This document shows, piece after piece, positions 20,319 to 30,458 of a stretch of 64,000 nucleotides of DNA (position 1 is its first letter; the number at the start of each line of letters is the position of its first letter). The stretch lies in assembly GCA_964419835.1 (NCBI GenBank), contig CAYQPT010000003.1, positions 799 to 64,798 of the forward strand, read 5' to 3'. This DNA is from an uncultured Candidatus Saccharibacteria bacterium. Lineage in GTDB: Bacteria; Patescibacteriota; UBA1384; XYA2-FULL-43-10; 1-14-0-10-43-13. The notes under the pieces are model-generated. The model searched no databases and was not told the origin of the DNA. It was given only the letters and a program-made list of their open reading frames with translations. The position numbers and the translations under genes are program-made.

Positions 20319-21137
20319 ATGTTGGATGTTTCTGGAAAAATTTTAGGTATCTCGGATAAAGCGAGTTATTTTTACGATAATTTGCGTTTAAATTCCAGTC
20401 CGCTTCTTATATTGGACATTTTAATTGTGGCCGTCCTATTTTATTGGGTTTATATTTTTCTAAAAGAAACACGGGCAATGCGAATTCTTTATGGGCTGGT
20501 ATTCTTGCTTATTTTGATGGCAGTGGGAAAGCTTTTCAATCTTATCTTGCTTAACTGGCTCCTAAAAAGTTTAATGGCGATGCTCATTGTTGCTATCCCC
20601 GTCGTTTTTCAGCCGGAGCTTAGAAATGCCCTTGAGAAACTGGGCCGGTCAAAGCTCTTGGGTGAACTAATAGGTAGAGAAGATTTTGACCGTGTCATAA
20701 ATGAGATCGTTTCCGCTGCATCAACATTGTCCGACAAGCGGATTGGGGCGCTCATCATTTTAAAAAGACAAACAGGGCTTAAGGAATATATCGATAACGG
20801 AGTTCCTGTAAATGCACCTGTTTCAGCAAAGCTTCTTTTATCAATCTTTTTTCCCCGTTCGCCTATGCATGATGGCGCAGTCATTATATCGGGGGAGAAA
20901 ATTCTTTCCGCCTGCTCAATCCTTCCTGTCTCGCAGGTCAGTTTAAGTTCAAATTTGGGAACGCGTCATAAAGCCGGAATTGGCATTACGGAAGTTTCTG
21001 ATGCCATCGCAATAATCGTTTCTGAGGAAACGGGGTCAATTTCTGTGGCCGTAGGGGGTAAACTCGAGCAAAGAATCTCGGAGGAAAAATTAAAAAACCG
21101 TTTAATTTCATTCTCAGGACAAAAAAAGAGTAAATAA
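20319..21137 (+). CDS. cdaA: diadenylate cyclase CdaA (c-di-AMP synthase, DAC domain) with N-terminal TM helices
   Basis: DAC motifs PMHDGAVII and LGTRHKAGIGITE...IIVSEETGSIS, and three N-terminal TM helices. Confidence 0.9.
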   Translation: MLDVSGKILGISDKASYFYDNLRLNSSPLLILDILIVAVLFYWVYIFLKETRAMRILYGLVFLLILMAVGKLFNLILLNWLLKSLMAMLIVAIPVVFQPELRNALEKLGRSKLLGELIGREDFDRVINEIVSAASTLSDKRIGALIILKRQTGLKEYIDNGVPVNAPVSAKLLLSIFFPRSPMHDGAVIISGEKILSACSILPVSQVSLSSNLGTRHKAGIGITEVSDAIAIIVSEETGSISVAVGGKLEQRISEEKLKNRLISFSGQKKSK

Positions 21138-21138
21138 T

Positions 21139-22362
21139 ATGTGGAAAATAATTACCAAAAATTTGTGGATAAAAATATTCTGCCTTTTAGCGGCGGCCGG
21201 GCTTTGGCTTTACATTGCCTCCGGACAAAATTCTGTTGGCAAGTTCCCCGGCAGTATAACAGTTCGCGCCATAAATGTTCCAGCAGGATTGGTTGCCACT
21301 TACGACATAAAAACAGTTAATATAAAGGTAATGGGGGATTCTTCCGTATGGCGCAAATTATCCTCAGACACTTTTTCGGCATATGTTGATTTGTCGGCGC
21401 ACTCGGAAGGAACATATGAACTCCCGGTTAATGTTGTTTCTTCGGTGCAGGGTGTACAAATTGTGGAAAAGGATCCAGAGAAAATATTTGTGAGCTTGGA
21501 GCCGGTTATTTCTAAAAAAGTTAATGTTAATAAAAAAATTGAAGGAAGTGCAGGCGAGGGATTGGTGGCTGGCAATATTGATCTTGACCCAACAGAGGTT
21601 GATGCAAAGGGTCCAAAGAGCTTAATAGATAAACTCACCGAAGCTACTGCAACCATAAATCTAAATGGCGAGACAGATAACTTTACAAAAACGGTTTCTG
21701 TTGTCGCATATGATGAAAATGGTGATCCTGAAAATAACATTGAATTTGTTCCGGCTGAGGTAAAAGCGTCTGTTTCCATCGTTAAAGCATCAAACAATAA
21801 AACAGTCGGGATTAAAGTTTTAACTAGTGGTTCGCCCAAATCCGGCTATTTTGTATCAGACATTTCGACGACTCCGGCCACCGTCGACATTACCGGTCCG
21901 GCTGACATTTTAGTTAAAACCAGTTACGCCGAGACCTTTAGCGTCGACATAGGCGGTGCTTCCTTGGATATGGAAAAAAGCGTGTCATTAAATTTAAAAG
22001 ATGGGATAGCTCTGCAAGCCGGTACGACGCCTAAAATATTGGTGAAAATTAAATTTAGCCGTGCCGATATATCGAAGGAAATGACCGCTAACATTACGGC
22101 AAAAAATCTCGATTCGTCATATTACTTAAGTTCTGTTAACCCGATTCAGATAAATGTAACATGCTCCGGCCCCGCTGATTTAATTGCTAATCTGAAAAAT
22201 TCTGATGTCAATCTGGCACTTGATTTTGCAGACAAAAGAATTTTATCCGGTGCCGTTTACAACTTTGAATTAAGCGCAAAAAACTTCTCTGTTCCTGACG
22301 GAGTATCCGTCTCGAGTATTGTCCCCTCATCAGTCAGTGTTGCAGTAGACAAAAAACACTAA
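21139..22362 (+). CDS. cdaR: CdaR (YbbR-like domain protein), regulator of CdaA
   Basis: N-terminal TM anchor and repeated YbbR-like beta domains. Lies immediately downstream of cdaA in the conserved arrangement. Confidence 0.8.
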   Translation: MWKIITKNLWIKIFCLLAAAGLWLYIASGQNSVGKFPGSITVRAINVPAGLVATYDIKTVNIKVMGDSSVWRKLSSDTFSAYVDLSAHSEGTYELPVNVVSSVQGVQIVEKDPEKIFVSLEPVISKKVNVNKKIEGSAGEGLVAGNIDLDPTEVDAKGPKSLIDKLTEATATINLNGETDNFTKTVSVVAYDENGDPENNIEFVPAEVKASVSIVKASNNKTVGIKVLTSGSPKSGYFVSDISTTPATVDITGPADILVKTSYAETFSVDIGGASLDMEKSVSLNLKDGIALQAGTTPKILVKIKFSRADISKEMTANITAKNLDSSYYLSSVNPIQINVTCSGPADLIANLKNSDVNLALDFADKRILSGAVYNFELSAKNFSVPDGVSVSSIVPSSVSVAVDKKH

Positions 22363-22642
22363 TTTTTTCTATTTATCCCCGCTAAAAGAAGATTTTTTGC
22401 TAATATTTCTGTATTTCAAAAAGGATATCTTGGTTGAAAAATTTGATTTGGGATAACCCTTCCGTAGCTCATTCAGCAGATTGATACAAGTCATAGTTGC
22501 CCTATAGAGGGCGAAGGAGGGTCTACGATATTTTATTAGCTGCAGTGTTAAAAAAATGCATCGCTTGTCTTATGGGCTTGACAAAAACCAACCGTTTGCT
22601 AAACTTAACCCTTGTATCGTCCAAAAAACGATATAAAAAACT

Positions 22643-23755
22643 ATGGCATTACTAGAAGAAATCGAACCTCCGTCGTATAAAAATACTACGGATAAAACAA
22701 AAAATCTAAAAAAAGACACTGAAAATAAATATCAGCTTGTTCCTTCCGCCAGCTGGCGGATTCAACTATTCCTGACAAGAAGTTTTGATAAAATCCGAAC
22801 CATTTCGGGTAGTTTCAAAACCCTTTCTTCCTACTCTCTAAGATCTGTCAGGAATTTTATTTTGAGCAATAAATACCTACCTCACGCAGTATTGGCCGTG
22901 CTGGGTCTTTTGGTTGCGATGACGAATCTTGGCGAGAAATTGCAGGCAAACGCATTTTATCAGGACATTGTTTCAACAGGTCCTGACGCTGAGTTTGCAG
23001 TTGCCAGCGCTGTCAGCCCATTTACTCCGCTTATTAAAAATGCCCCTGAGCTTGTGGACAAAGCCGCTGCCGCCTCAGTTTCGTCGGATGGATTTACAAG
23101 CGCCACTACCTCTGTTGATACCATAATCACGGCAAGGCAAGAGCCCTTGCCGGACAATTCCGCTCAAACAGTCAAATATACTGTTAAGAATGGTGATACG
23201 CTCTCAATGATCGGCATGGAATTTGATGTAAAAATCGCCACTTTAAAATATTTAAATGACATAAGTGATGTTGATATGCTGAAGCCGGGCTCAACCATCA
23301 AAGTTCCTCAAAAAGGATATGAAGTTTCCGCGTCTGCGATTGCCAAGAAAGAAAATGACAAAAAAGCCAAATTAGCCGCAGCTCAGAGAAATACTGTTGC
23401 CAGAAGCACCACCTCTTCCAGATACTCCAATACAACGCAAGGTGTTGCCACTATCAATGGTGTCAGATATGTTAGAAAAGCAAAAAGCAACGAAATGCAG
23501 TGTTACACATATGTAACATCACAGGGTTACGGCGTTGGCGGTTATGGACTGGCTCGTTTTATTCCTACTAATTCAAAATCTCCCAAGGTTGGCGGACTTG
23601 TGGTTACTTACGAAAGTTGGGCCGGACATGTAGCCGTTGTTACAGGGGTTAACGGAGACGGTACATTTAACATCCGCGAGAGCAACTATACCCACGGTTG
23701 GATTACAGAACGGACAATGTCCATGGGCAAAGGAATAAAAGGGTTTGTGAACTAA
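22643..23755 (+). CDS. LysM-domain plus CHAP-domain peptidoglycan hydrolase with an N-terminal membrane anchor
   Basis: LysM motif YTVKNGDTLSMIGMEFDVKIATLKYLNDISDVDMLKPGSTIKVP. C-terminal CHAP domain (QCYTYV...GHVAVV...). TM helix AVLAVLGLLVAMT. Confidence 0.8.
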   Translation: MALLEEIEPPSYKNTTDKTKNLKKDTENKYQLVPSASWRIQLFLTRSFDKIRTISGSFKTLSSYSLRSVRNFILSNKYLPHAVLAVLGLLVAMTNLGEKLQANAFYQDIVSTGPDAEFAVASAVSPFTPLIKNAPELVDKAAAASVSSDGFTSATTSVDTIITARQEPLPDNSAQTVKYTVKNGDTLSMIGMEFDVKIATLKYLNDISDVDMLKPGSTIKVPQKGYEVSASAIAKKENDKKAKLAAAQRNTVARSTTSSRYSNTTQGVATINGVRYVRKAKSNEMQCYTYVTSQGYGVGGYGLARFIPTNSKSPKVGGLVVTYESWAGHVAVVTGVNGDGTFNIRESNYTHGWITERTMSMGKGIKGFVN

Positions 23756-23786
23756 ATAATTGCTAATTCTCCATAAAATGCGAAAA

Positions 23787-23814
23787 CCCCACAGCATTGC
23801 TGTGGGGTTTTCTG
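23787..23814. terminator. bidirectional rho-independent terminator (9 bp perfect stem CCCCACAGC/GCTGTGGGG, A-run on one side and T-run on the other)
   Basis: GCGAAAACCCCACAGCattGCTGTGGGGTTTTCT. Confidence 0.8.
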
Positions 23815-23913
23815 GCTTTCGTCGCAATTTTCAGCGACTCATCGGAACACTTGTGTGTTGAGCCAAGAGATACCGGGGGTGATATCTCAAGGGTAAATCT
23901 TGAGCCATGAGGC

Positions 23914-24312
23914 TCAGAAATGGGGAAAAGGTGAGGAAAGGTCGGGTGCTGGTATCCCGCGGATAATCTGCTCTGTTCTTTGCCAAGTTGCGGCATCTTG
24001 GCGCTTCCCCAAGAAGTCCGAGTATGACGCTGGTCCGTAGACTATGGCGAAGATCGCAAAAAACGCAATCGCGGCCCTCGTGGCCTTCTGTACATTTCCT
24101 CGGGTAGCATAGAGTATGCAAAATGCGCATATTGCCGATGCTACCGGGACTGCGATCCCTCTGAGAATCGCGTATGCGATGCTCGTGTCAGGGAACTGGT
24201 TGGACGCATAGACAAGGATGAGTGTCATTACAATACTTACGACGATCGCAAGATTGCCACCAATCATAGCCTTGCCAAGATCAGAAAATGGGTTCGGAGA
24301 ATTATCACTCAT
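23914..24312 (-). CDS. small hypothetical integral membrane protein (3 TM helices) in a GC-rich segment; start uncertain
   Basis: Hydrophobic helices (LAIVVSIVMTLILVY, ILRGIAVPVASAICAFCILY, AIAFFAIFAIVYG). The region is about 50% GC, unlike its surroundings; coding status is uncertain. Confidence 0.3.
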   Translation of the reverse strand: MSDNSPNPFSDLGKAMIGGNLAIVVSIVMTLILVYASNQFPDTSIAYAILRGIAVPVASAICAFCILYATRGNVQKATRAAIAFFAIFAIVYGPASYSDFLGKRQDAATWQRTEQIIRGIPAPDLSSPFPHF

Positions 24313-24343
24313 CTGGCTCACCTCTGATGAATTTATATCACTA

Positions 24344-24372
24344 TTGACTGAATTTGTCAATCCTGCTAATAT
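24344..24372 (+). promoter_or_regulatory. sigma70-like promoter TTGACT-17 bp-TAATAT giving a leaderless obg transcript
   Basis: TTGACT at 24344-24349 and TAATAT at 24367-24372; the ATG lies at 24383, about 10 nt after the -10 element, with no SD. Confidence 0.45.
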
Positions 24373-24382
24373 GAATATTATT

Positions 24383-25354
24383 ATGTTTATTGATCACGCT
24401 GAAATTTATGTGAAAGCAGGCAAAGGCGGAAATGGGTCCGTTTCTTTTCGTCGTGAAAAATATATCCCTTGGGGTGGTCCAAATGGCGGAGATGGAGGCA
24501 ACGGTGGAGACATCTTGGTGTTAGTGGACAATCACTGCCACGGATTGGCTCAGTACAACCGCGAGAAGCAGTTTATAGCCCAAAACGGACAAAACGGCAT
24601 GGGGAGTAATAAACACGGTAAAAACGGCGATGATTTGGTAATTAGAGTGCCTGCAGGCACGCAAATATATCATGAAGGCAAGCTTTTATTCGATTTCACT
24701 GAAGAAGGTAAGCAAATCACTCTCGCGAAGGGTGGTAATGGAGGTTGGGGCAATCAGCATTTCGCCTCCTCTATCAAACAAGCTCCAAAATGGTCAAAAG
24801 ACGGCCTTCCCGGTGAGTCTATGAAGATCCAACTTGAGCTCAAAACTATCGCTAATGTTGGCTTGGTTGGGCTTCCTAATGCGGGAAAATCAACCTTGCT
24901 CTCAGTTCTGTCAAATGCACGGCCAAAAATTGCCGATTATCCCTTTACCACGCTCGAGCCGAACTTAGGCACTATTAAAAATATTGATAAAAACATCATC
25001 ATTGCTGACATTCCGGGCTTGATTGAAGGCGCCTCAGAGGGTAAAGGGCTGGGCGACAAGTTTTTAAAGCATATTGAGCGCACTCAAATAATCGTCCATT
25101 TAATTGACGCAAGCTCGGATGATGTTCTTCGCGACTACAAAACAATCCGCAAGGAATTGAAGCAATTCTCAAAAATACTTATAAATAAAGTCGAAATTCT
25201 TGTTCTAAATAAATCTGATATCATCTCTGAGGAAGATCTGGCAGAGAAAATGAAAGTACTCAAGAAGAAAAAACTAAAACCAATCGCAATCTCAGCTGCA
25301 ACCAATAAAAACATTGCAGAGCTAATAACTAAGATGCGAGAAACAATCTCGTAA
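24383..25354 (+). CDS. obg: GTPase Obg/CgtA
   Basis: MFIDHAEIYVKAGKGGNGSVSFRREKYIPWGGPNGGDGGNGGDI is the Obg fold with glycine-rich repeats. G1 GLPNAGKST, DIPGLIEGAS and NKSD motifs. The ORF extends upstream to 24218, but N-terminal homology begins at MFID. Confidence 0.9.
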   Translation: MFIDHAEIYVKAGKGGNGSVSFRREKYIPWGGPNGGDGGNGGDILVLVDNHCHGLAQYNREKQFIAQNGQNGMGSNKHGKNGDDLVIRVPAGTQIYHEGKLLFDFTEEGKQITLAKGGNGGWGNQHFASSIKQAPKWSKDGLPGESMKIQLELKTIANVGLVGLPNAGKSTLLSVLSNARPKIADYPFTTLEPNLGTIKNIDKNIIIADIPGLIEGASEGKGLGDKFLKHIERTQIIVHLIDASSDDVLRDYKTIRKELKQFSKILINKVEILVLNKSDIISEEDLAEKMKVLKKKKLKPIAISAATNKNIAELITKMRETIS

Positions 25355-25574
25355 ATATTCTTCGAGCTCGTCGAGAAGTCTAGAATAGTCCTACACTCGA
25401 GAAATATTATTAAAAAAAATCTCGTATAAATAACAACGGCCGTTGCTGTCTCTACGAGATTTTTGTCTAAGAAATAATAAATTATAGTAAAATGAAATGA
25501 GGCCGCCCAACGGATGTCGGGTGGCCTCGGAAGTTGTCAATGGCAGGATCGCTTGCTTGCGAACTAGTAGGGCG

Positions 25575-26387
25575 TTAGCCGGACTCTCCTTTCCTCCATG
25601 GAGGGATATTCCCAGCTACCCATTCGCCCGCCATATCATCGATCACCATCAGTCTGGCGATCAGTCTGGCCTCCTCGTCCATGAGAACTTGTCCAGAAGG
25701 ACCCATCACTATCTTGTGCATCCATAAGCCCTCGAGCTTGGCGTGAATGATATCGATCTCGTGTAGTCTCTCCATCTCGGCCTCGGCTTCTGAGGGTTTT
25801 TTGCCTTGTAGGCACTTCCGCGTCAGACACCAAGCGTCCCACGGGCCGATCTCATCAAAGATGGCTCCTCCAATTATGTCTCGCAGAAGGAGACGGTTCA
25901 TTTTGATCTCCAGTCCCTCTGCTAGTTCGTCAGACTGCTCGATGCCGAGTTCATGAACATACCGGCGTACAAGGCTACGAGTTTTGCCATCAAACTCAAT
26001 GGAAGAATGCTGTAAAATAAAGCAGCAAAGCCTCAGCCTGTCCGGTCGACTTTCGGCATCATCCACGCGACGAAGGGCTAGCTTCCAAGCGGCATCTATG
26101 ATCTTCGCGTAGGGCCCCATCACTGTCTGGATATCGACCACCTCCTGGTAGCGCGCCAGGGCGTCGATGAAATGCTCAATGTTTCCACGGAAGCAAGTGA
26201 TTCTCACTTCGTCAACGAGTCGACTGATTCCAGATTCGGAAAGCCTCGTAAGCGCCGATAAAGTGGAGGCATCGTTTCCGAGTAGTCGGTGGAGGTAAAT
26301 TGCCCCATGATCTTCGTCGGGGGCATCTACTCCAATGGCGATTCCCTTCACAAAAGTGCTGATGCTTTCATCCGTCGTGAATTCCAA
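25575..26387 (-). CDS. hypothetical protein in a GC-rich (about 53%) segment, probably horizontally acquired; TTG start
   Basis: 270 aa intact ORF with no family I can recognise. GGAGGA lies 9 nt before the TTG on the minus strand. GC content departs from the host. Confidence 0.45.
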   Translation of the reverse strand: MEFTTDESISTFVKGIAIGVDAPDEDHGAIYLHRLLGNDASTLSALTRLSESGISRLVDEVRITCFRGNIEHFIDALARYQEVVDIQTVMGPYAKIIDAAWKLALRRVDDAESRPDRLRLCCFILQHSSIEFDGKTRSLVRRYVHELGIEQSDELAEGLEIKMNRLLLRDIIGGAIFDEIGPWDAWCLTRKCLQGKKPSEAEAEMERLHEIDIIHAKLEGLWMHKIVMGPSGQVLMDEEARLIARLMVIDDMAGEWVAGNIPPWRKGESG

Positions 26388-26554
26388 GTTCTTGTTTCCT
26401 CCTGCCTTGCGATAAGGCGAGTCGTTTGAGGCACGATTACCTCGTTATCCCGAAAGTGCGATACTCTCGAAACTGGTTCTAGATTACCATATTTTTTGAT
26501 TTAGTCAATTTAGGATGCAAGATTCCCACCTGCGCGGGAATGACAAAAAGACAC

Positions 26555-26592
26555 GGGGATGACATAAAGAGTGGGGGATGACATAAAGAGTG
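26555..26592 (+). repeat. tandem direct repeat 2 x 19 bp (GGGGATGACATAAAGAGTG), with a degenerate third copy at 26536-26554
   Basis: CACGGGGATGACATAAAGAGTGGGGGATGACATAAAGAGTGG, preceded by CGGGAATGACAAAAAGACA. Confidence 0.8.
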
Positions 26593-26668
26593 GTCAAGTT
26601 TGGGAATTAAATTAACGATATTATCCGCTCTGGAACTTATTATTATCTTTTGAAAAACCAGATCCATA

Positions 26669-26696
26669 TTGACAGGAAACCTAGCTGATCTATAAT
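26669..26696 (+). promoter_or_regulatory. near-consensus sigma70 promoter TTGACA-16 bp-TATAAT upstream of rpoB
   Basis: TTGACA at 26669-26674 and TATAAT at 26691-26696. Confidence 0.5.
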
Positions 26697-26732
26697 TCAA
26701 TGTGTAATGTTAACAACTAAGCGATAGCGATG

Positions 26733-26761
26733 TTGACAAGCTCTTTTTAATGTGCTACTAT
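26733..26761 (+). promoter_or_regulatory. second sigma70-like promoter TTGACA-17 bp-TACTAT upstream of rpoB
   Basis: TTGACA at 26733-26738 and TACTAT at 26756-26761. Hairpins at about 26840-26865 and 26890-26920 lie in the leader. Confidence 0.4.
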
Positions 26762-26939
26762 TCTTGCGTATAGACAATTAGTTAATATCCAGGTCTTTAA
26801 TGCGTTCTACCCTTCGTTTCTAACAATGAAATGAAAGCCCCACTCACACGGGGAATTTTTGTAGTGAAAATTTAAAAAAATCGACGAAAGAGGATATTTT
26901 TTCGTCGGAATCAACGAACATATAAATAAGGAGAGCGAT

Positions 26940-29900
26940 ATGGCAAAGAAAACTAGCGAAATGGAGAGAATTATCCCACGACCAGTTGAAGCATGGGAAT
27001 CACTCCCGAATCTCGTTGAGATTCAAACTAAATCCTACGATTGGTTCTTTAAAGAAGGATTGAACGAGCTTTTCGATGAAATTTCACCGATCGAAGACTT
27101 TACCGGCGAACTTTACTCACTTTCTTTCGGCAAATACTTCCTTGAGAAGCCAAAAGTTGATGAGAAAACCGCTAGAGAAAAGAATTTGACCTACAAAGCC
27201 CCTCTCCGCGTTCAGGTTTCCCTGCTTAATAAAAAGACCAAAGAAATCAAAGACGGTGAAGTTTTCTTGGGAGATTTTCCGCTGATGACCGATGTCGGCA
27301 CTTTCATTATCAATGGTGTTGAAAGAGTTGTCGTTTCTCAGATTGTCCGTTCCTACGGTGTATTATTTACTGCTGACAAAGTTAACGGCGAAAACTACTT
27401 CGGTGCCAAAGTTATTCCTTCAAGAGGTGCTTGGCTTGAAATCGAGACAAACTCCAAAGGTGTTATTTCGGTAAAGGTTGACCGAAAACGAAGAATTCCT
27501 ATTACCACATTCTTGCGCTCTCTTGGCATAGGCGACGAAGCAGAAATGAAAGCTCTCTTTTCAGATGTTGATGACAATGACGAGCTCAATTACATTGATG
27601 CAACTTTAGCTAAAGATCCCGCAAGCAACTACGAAGAAGGATTGGTTGAAACATATAAACGAATCCGTCCTGGTGACCTGGCTACTGCAGAATCAGCAAA
27701 ACAATTTATTGAAGCAATGTTCTTCAACCCAAAGAGATATGATTTGGGCAGAGTCGGCCGCTATAAGCTTAATCAGCGGCTTGATTTAAATGTGGAGAAC
27801 ACTCCTCTTAACAGAATAATGCGAAAAGAAGACTTAATTGAGGTTATTCGCGAGATTATCCGATTAAACAACACTCCCGGAGCAGAGCCGGACGATACGG
27901 ATAGCTTGAAGAACCGAAGAATTAGAGCCGTTGGAGAATCAATCCAAGGCCGTGTTCGAGTCGGTCTTCTTCGAGTAGAGAGAATTGTCAAAGACAGAAT
28001 GAGCATTTGTGATCCTGTTGAAGTTACTCCTTCCGCTCTTGTTAACTCCCGTCCGGTTGTTGCCGCACTTCAGGAATTCTACGCCAGCTCTCAGCTTTCA
28101 CAGTTTATGAACCAAACGAACCCGCTTTCAGAGCTTGAGCATAAAAGAACTCTTTCCGCTACCGGTCCCGGTGGTCTCTCGCGAGAGCGCGCCGGCTTCG
28201 AAGTAAGAGATGTTCACTCTACTCACTACGGTCGAATTTGTCCGATTGAATCTCCTGAAGGTCCAAACATTGGTTTGGTTTCATATCTTGCCTGTTATTC
28301 ACGAATAAACGAATACGGTTTTCTGGAAACTCCTTATAGAAAAGTAAAAATTGAAAATGGCAAAGCCAAAGTTACCCACGAGATCGTCTACATTGACGCC
28401 GGCACAGAGGAAAAAGCGATTATTGCTCCCGCTTCAGTCGAGATTGATAAAGACGGCTACATTGTCGGCAAAAGGGTAATTGTTAGAAAGTATTCCGAAC
28501 CGGAAATTGAAGATGCACTCAAAGTGCAGTACATGGACATCTCGCCTCGGCAGATCGTCTCGATTGCAACTTCACTCATTCCTTTTGTAGAGCACGATGA
28601 CGGTGCAAGGGCGATGATGGGATCGAATATGCAACGACAGGCCGTTCCGCTCATTTGCCCCGATTCTCCAATCGTCGGCACCGGAATGGAAAAGAACGCC
28701 GCCAAAGACTCCGGCCAGATTGCAGTAGCTGAAAAGGACGGTGAAGTAATTCATGTTTCGTCCGATTTGATAAAAGTCAGAGATAAAGACGGCCAAACAG
28801 AAGAATATTTACTCGAAAAATTTGTTCGTTCAAACCAAGGTACTTCCATCAATCAGCGTCCGACCGTTAATCTTGGTGACAAGGTTAAAAAAGGACAGGT
28901 TATTGCCGATTCCTCCGCTACAGACAATGGTGAATTGGCACTCGGCCAAAACCTTATGGTCGCCTTCATGTCATGGGGCGGAAACAACTTTGAAGACGCT
29001 ATAATCCTTTCAAACCGAATCGTAAAAGATCATGTATTATCCTCAGTTCACATCGAACAATATTCAATTGAAGTGCGCGACACCAAATTGGGTCCTGAGG
29101 TTTTAACCCGCGACATCCCAAATGTTTCAGAAGAAGCTCTTTCAAACTTGGATGAAATGGGTGTTGTCCGAATTGGCGCTGAAGTTAAATCGGGCGACAT
29201 TTTGATCGGAAAAATTTCTCCAAAGGGTGAAACCGAACTTACTTCAGAGGAAAAGCTTCTTCGCGCAATCTTCGGCGAAAAAGCTAAAGATGTACGAGAC
29301 TCATCCCTTAGATTGCCTCATGGCGAATACGGCAAGGTTGTTGAAGTTAAAATGTTCTCCAAGGAAGCCGGAGATGAGCTTCCAGCCGGTGTATATCAAA
29401 TGGTAGAAGTTTCAGTAGCACAGCTTAGAAAAATTTCAATCGGTGATAAATTAGCCGGACGACACGGTAATAAAGGTGTTATTTCAGTAATCCTGCCACA
29501 GGAAGACATGCCGTTTATGCCTGATGGAACTCCAGTTGATGTTGTTTTGAACCCGCTTGGTGTTATTTCCCGTATGAATGTCGGCCAGATTTTGGAAACT
29601 CACCTTGGACTAGCAGCTAAGCATGGCGGATATAAGATTGCCACGCCGGCTTTCGAAGGCATTACTATTGATGAAATAAAGTCACGGCTTAAGACAGAAG
29701 GATATGGGGAAGACGGAAAAATCCAACTTTATGATGGCGAAAGCGGTGAACCATTTGCAAGAAAATCCACGGTCGGGATTATGTACATATTGAAGCTTCA
29801 TCACTTGGTTGATGACAAGATGCATACTCGTTCAGTCGGTCCTTACTCAATGATTACTCAGCAGCCACTTGGTGGTAAAGCCCAGTTCGGTGGGCAGAGA

Positions 29901-30302
29901 TTCGGAGAGATGGAAGTTTGGGCGCTTGAAGCTTACGGCGCAGCTCATACTCTTCAGGAAATGCTTACAATCAAATCTGACGATGTTGTTGGACGAAGCA
30001 AAACATACGAATCAATTATTAAGGGTGAGAAGATACAAAAGCCGCTTATCCCAGAAGCGTTCAATGTTATGGTGAAGGAACTTCAGAGCTTGGGCTTAAA
30101 GGTGGATCTTTTGGCACCGAAAATTGATCCAAACGCAATCGAAGACGAAATAGTAAGCCCTGTAGTATTAAAAACAGAAAAAGAGGATTCTCTTCCAATT
30201 GAAAATGACGAAGATATTGACGAGAAGTTGACCGAGATTGCAGCTGAGCAAACCGGAGAAGATGAAGATATTGTTTCAGAAGAGATCGACGAAGATAAAT
30301 AA
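26940..30302 (+). CDS. rpoB: DNA-directed RNA polymerase subunit beta (compact form)
   Basis: Conserved RpoB blocks throughout, for example [30 protein letters not shown] and [20 protein letters not shown]. Length is 1120 aa. Confidence 0.97.
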   Translation: MAKKTSEMERIIPRPVEAWESLPNLVEIQTKSYDWFFKEGLNELFDEISPIEDFTGELYSLSFGKYFLEKPKVDEKTAREKNLTYKAPLRVQVSLLNKKTKEIKDGEVFLGDFPLMTDVGTFIINGVERVVVSQIVRSYGVLFTADKVNGENYFGAKVIPSRGAWLEIETNSKGVISVKVDRKRRIPITTFLRSLGIGDEAEMKALFSDVDDNDELNYIDATLAKDPASNYEEGLVETYKRIRPGDLATAESAKQFIEAMFFNPKRYDLGRVGRYKLNQRLDLNVENTPLNRIMRKEDLIEVIREIIRLNNTPGAEPDDTDSLKNRRIRAVGESIQGRVRVGLLRVERIVKDRMSICDPVEVTPSALVNSRPVVAALQEFYASSQLSQFMNQTNPLSELEHKRTLSATGPGGLSRERAGFEVRDVHSTHYGRICPIESPEGPNIGLVSYLACYSRINEYGFLETPYRKVKIENGKAKVTHEIVYIDAGTEEKAIIAPASVEIDKDGYIVGKRVIVRKYSEPEIEDALKVQYMDISPRQIVSIATSLIPFVEHDDGARAMMGSNMQRQAVPLICPDSPIVGTGMEKNAAKDSGQIAVAEKDGEVIHVSSDLIKVRDKDGQTEEYLLEKFVRSNQGTSINQRPTVNLGDKVKKGQVIADSSATDNGELALGQNLMVAFMSWGGNNFEDAIILSNRIVKDHVLSSVHIEQYSIEVRDTKLGPEVLTRDIPNVSEEALSNLDEMGVVRIGAEVKSGDILIGKISPKGETELTSEEKLLRAIFGEKAKDVRDSSLRLPHGEYGKVVEVKMFSKEAGDELPAGVYQMVEVSVAQLRKISIGDKLAGRHGNKGVISVILPQEDMPFMPDGTPVDVVLNPLGVISRMNVGQILETHLGLAAKHGGYKIATPAFEGITIDEIKSRLKTEGYGEDGKIQLYDGESGEPFARKSTVGIMYILKLHHLVDDKMHTRSVGPYSMITQQPLGGKAQFGGQRFGEMEVWALEAYGAAHTLQEMLTIKSDDVVGRSKTYESIIKGEKIQKPLIPEAFNVMVKELQSLGLKVDLLAPKIDPNAIEDEIVSPVVLKTEKEDSLPIENDEDIDEKLTEIAAEQTGEDEDIVSEEIDEDK

Positions 30303-30427
30303 ATAATTAGGTAACGGTTAGGGCAACGATGCCCGTATCGGCTAGGTTGTTTGGTAGCGTAACCGTAACCCATCCGCCAGCTGGCGGAACGATACTGGTT
30401 TCGTAACCGATTAACGAAAACCGATAA
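30303..30427 (+). repeat. about 120 bp hairpin-rich intergenic element, copy 1 (after rpoB), core palindrome CCGCCAGCTGGCGG
   Basis: Near-identical to 34810-34934. It contains hairpins GGGCA-acga-TGCCC and TTCGT...ACGAA, and a closing helix GGTAACGG/CCGTAACC. Confidence 0.85.
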
Positions 30428-30458
30428 AAATTAGAATAATTTACTCCGAAGGAGTCAT

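Noticed and set aside
22465-22472. GTAGCTCA (tRNA D-arm-like start) in the cdaR-hydrolase intergenic region
   Set aside because: No matching GAGC D-stem partner, no T-loop (GGTTCGAAT-type), and no acceptor stem could be built. Not a tRNA.
23934-23950. GAGGAAAGGTCGGGTGCT resembles the RNase P RNA P4 5' strand (GAGGAAAGUCCGGGCUCC)
   Set aside because: The P4 3' partner motif (ACAGAAnCCGGCUUA) and the GGUAAGAGCGCACC / AGGGUGAAA blocks are not found nearby on either strand. The similarity is a single short string in a GC-rich region.
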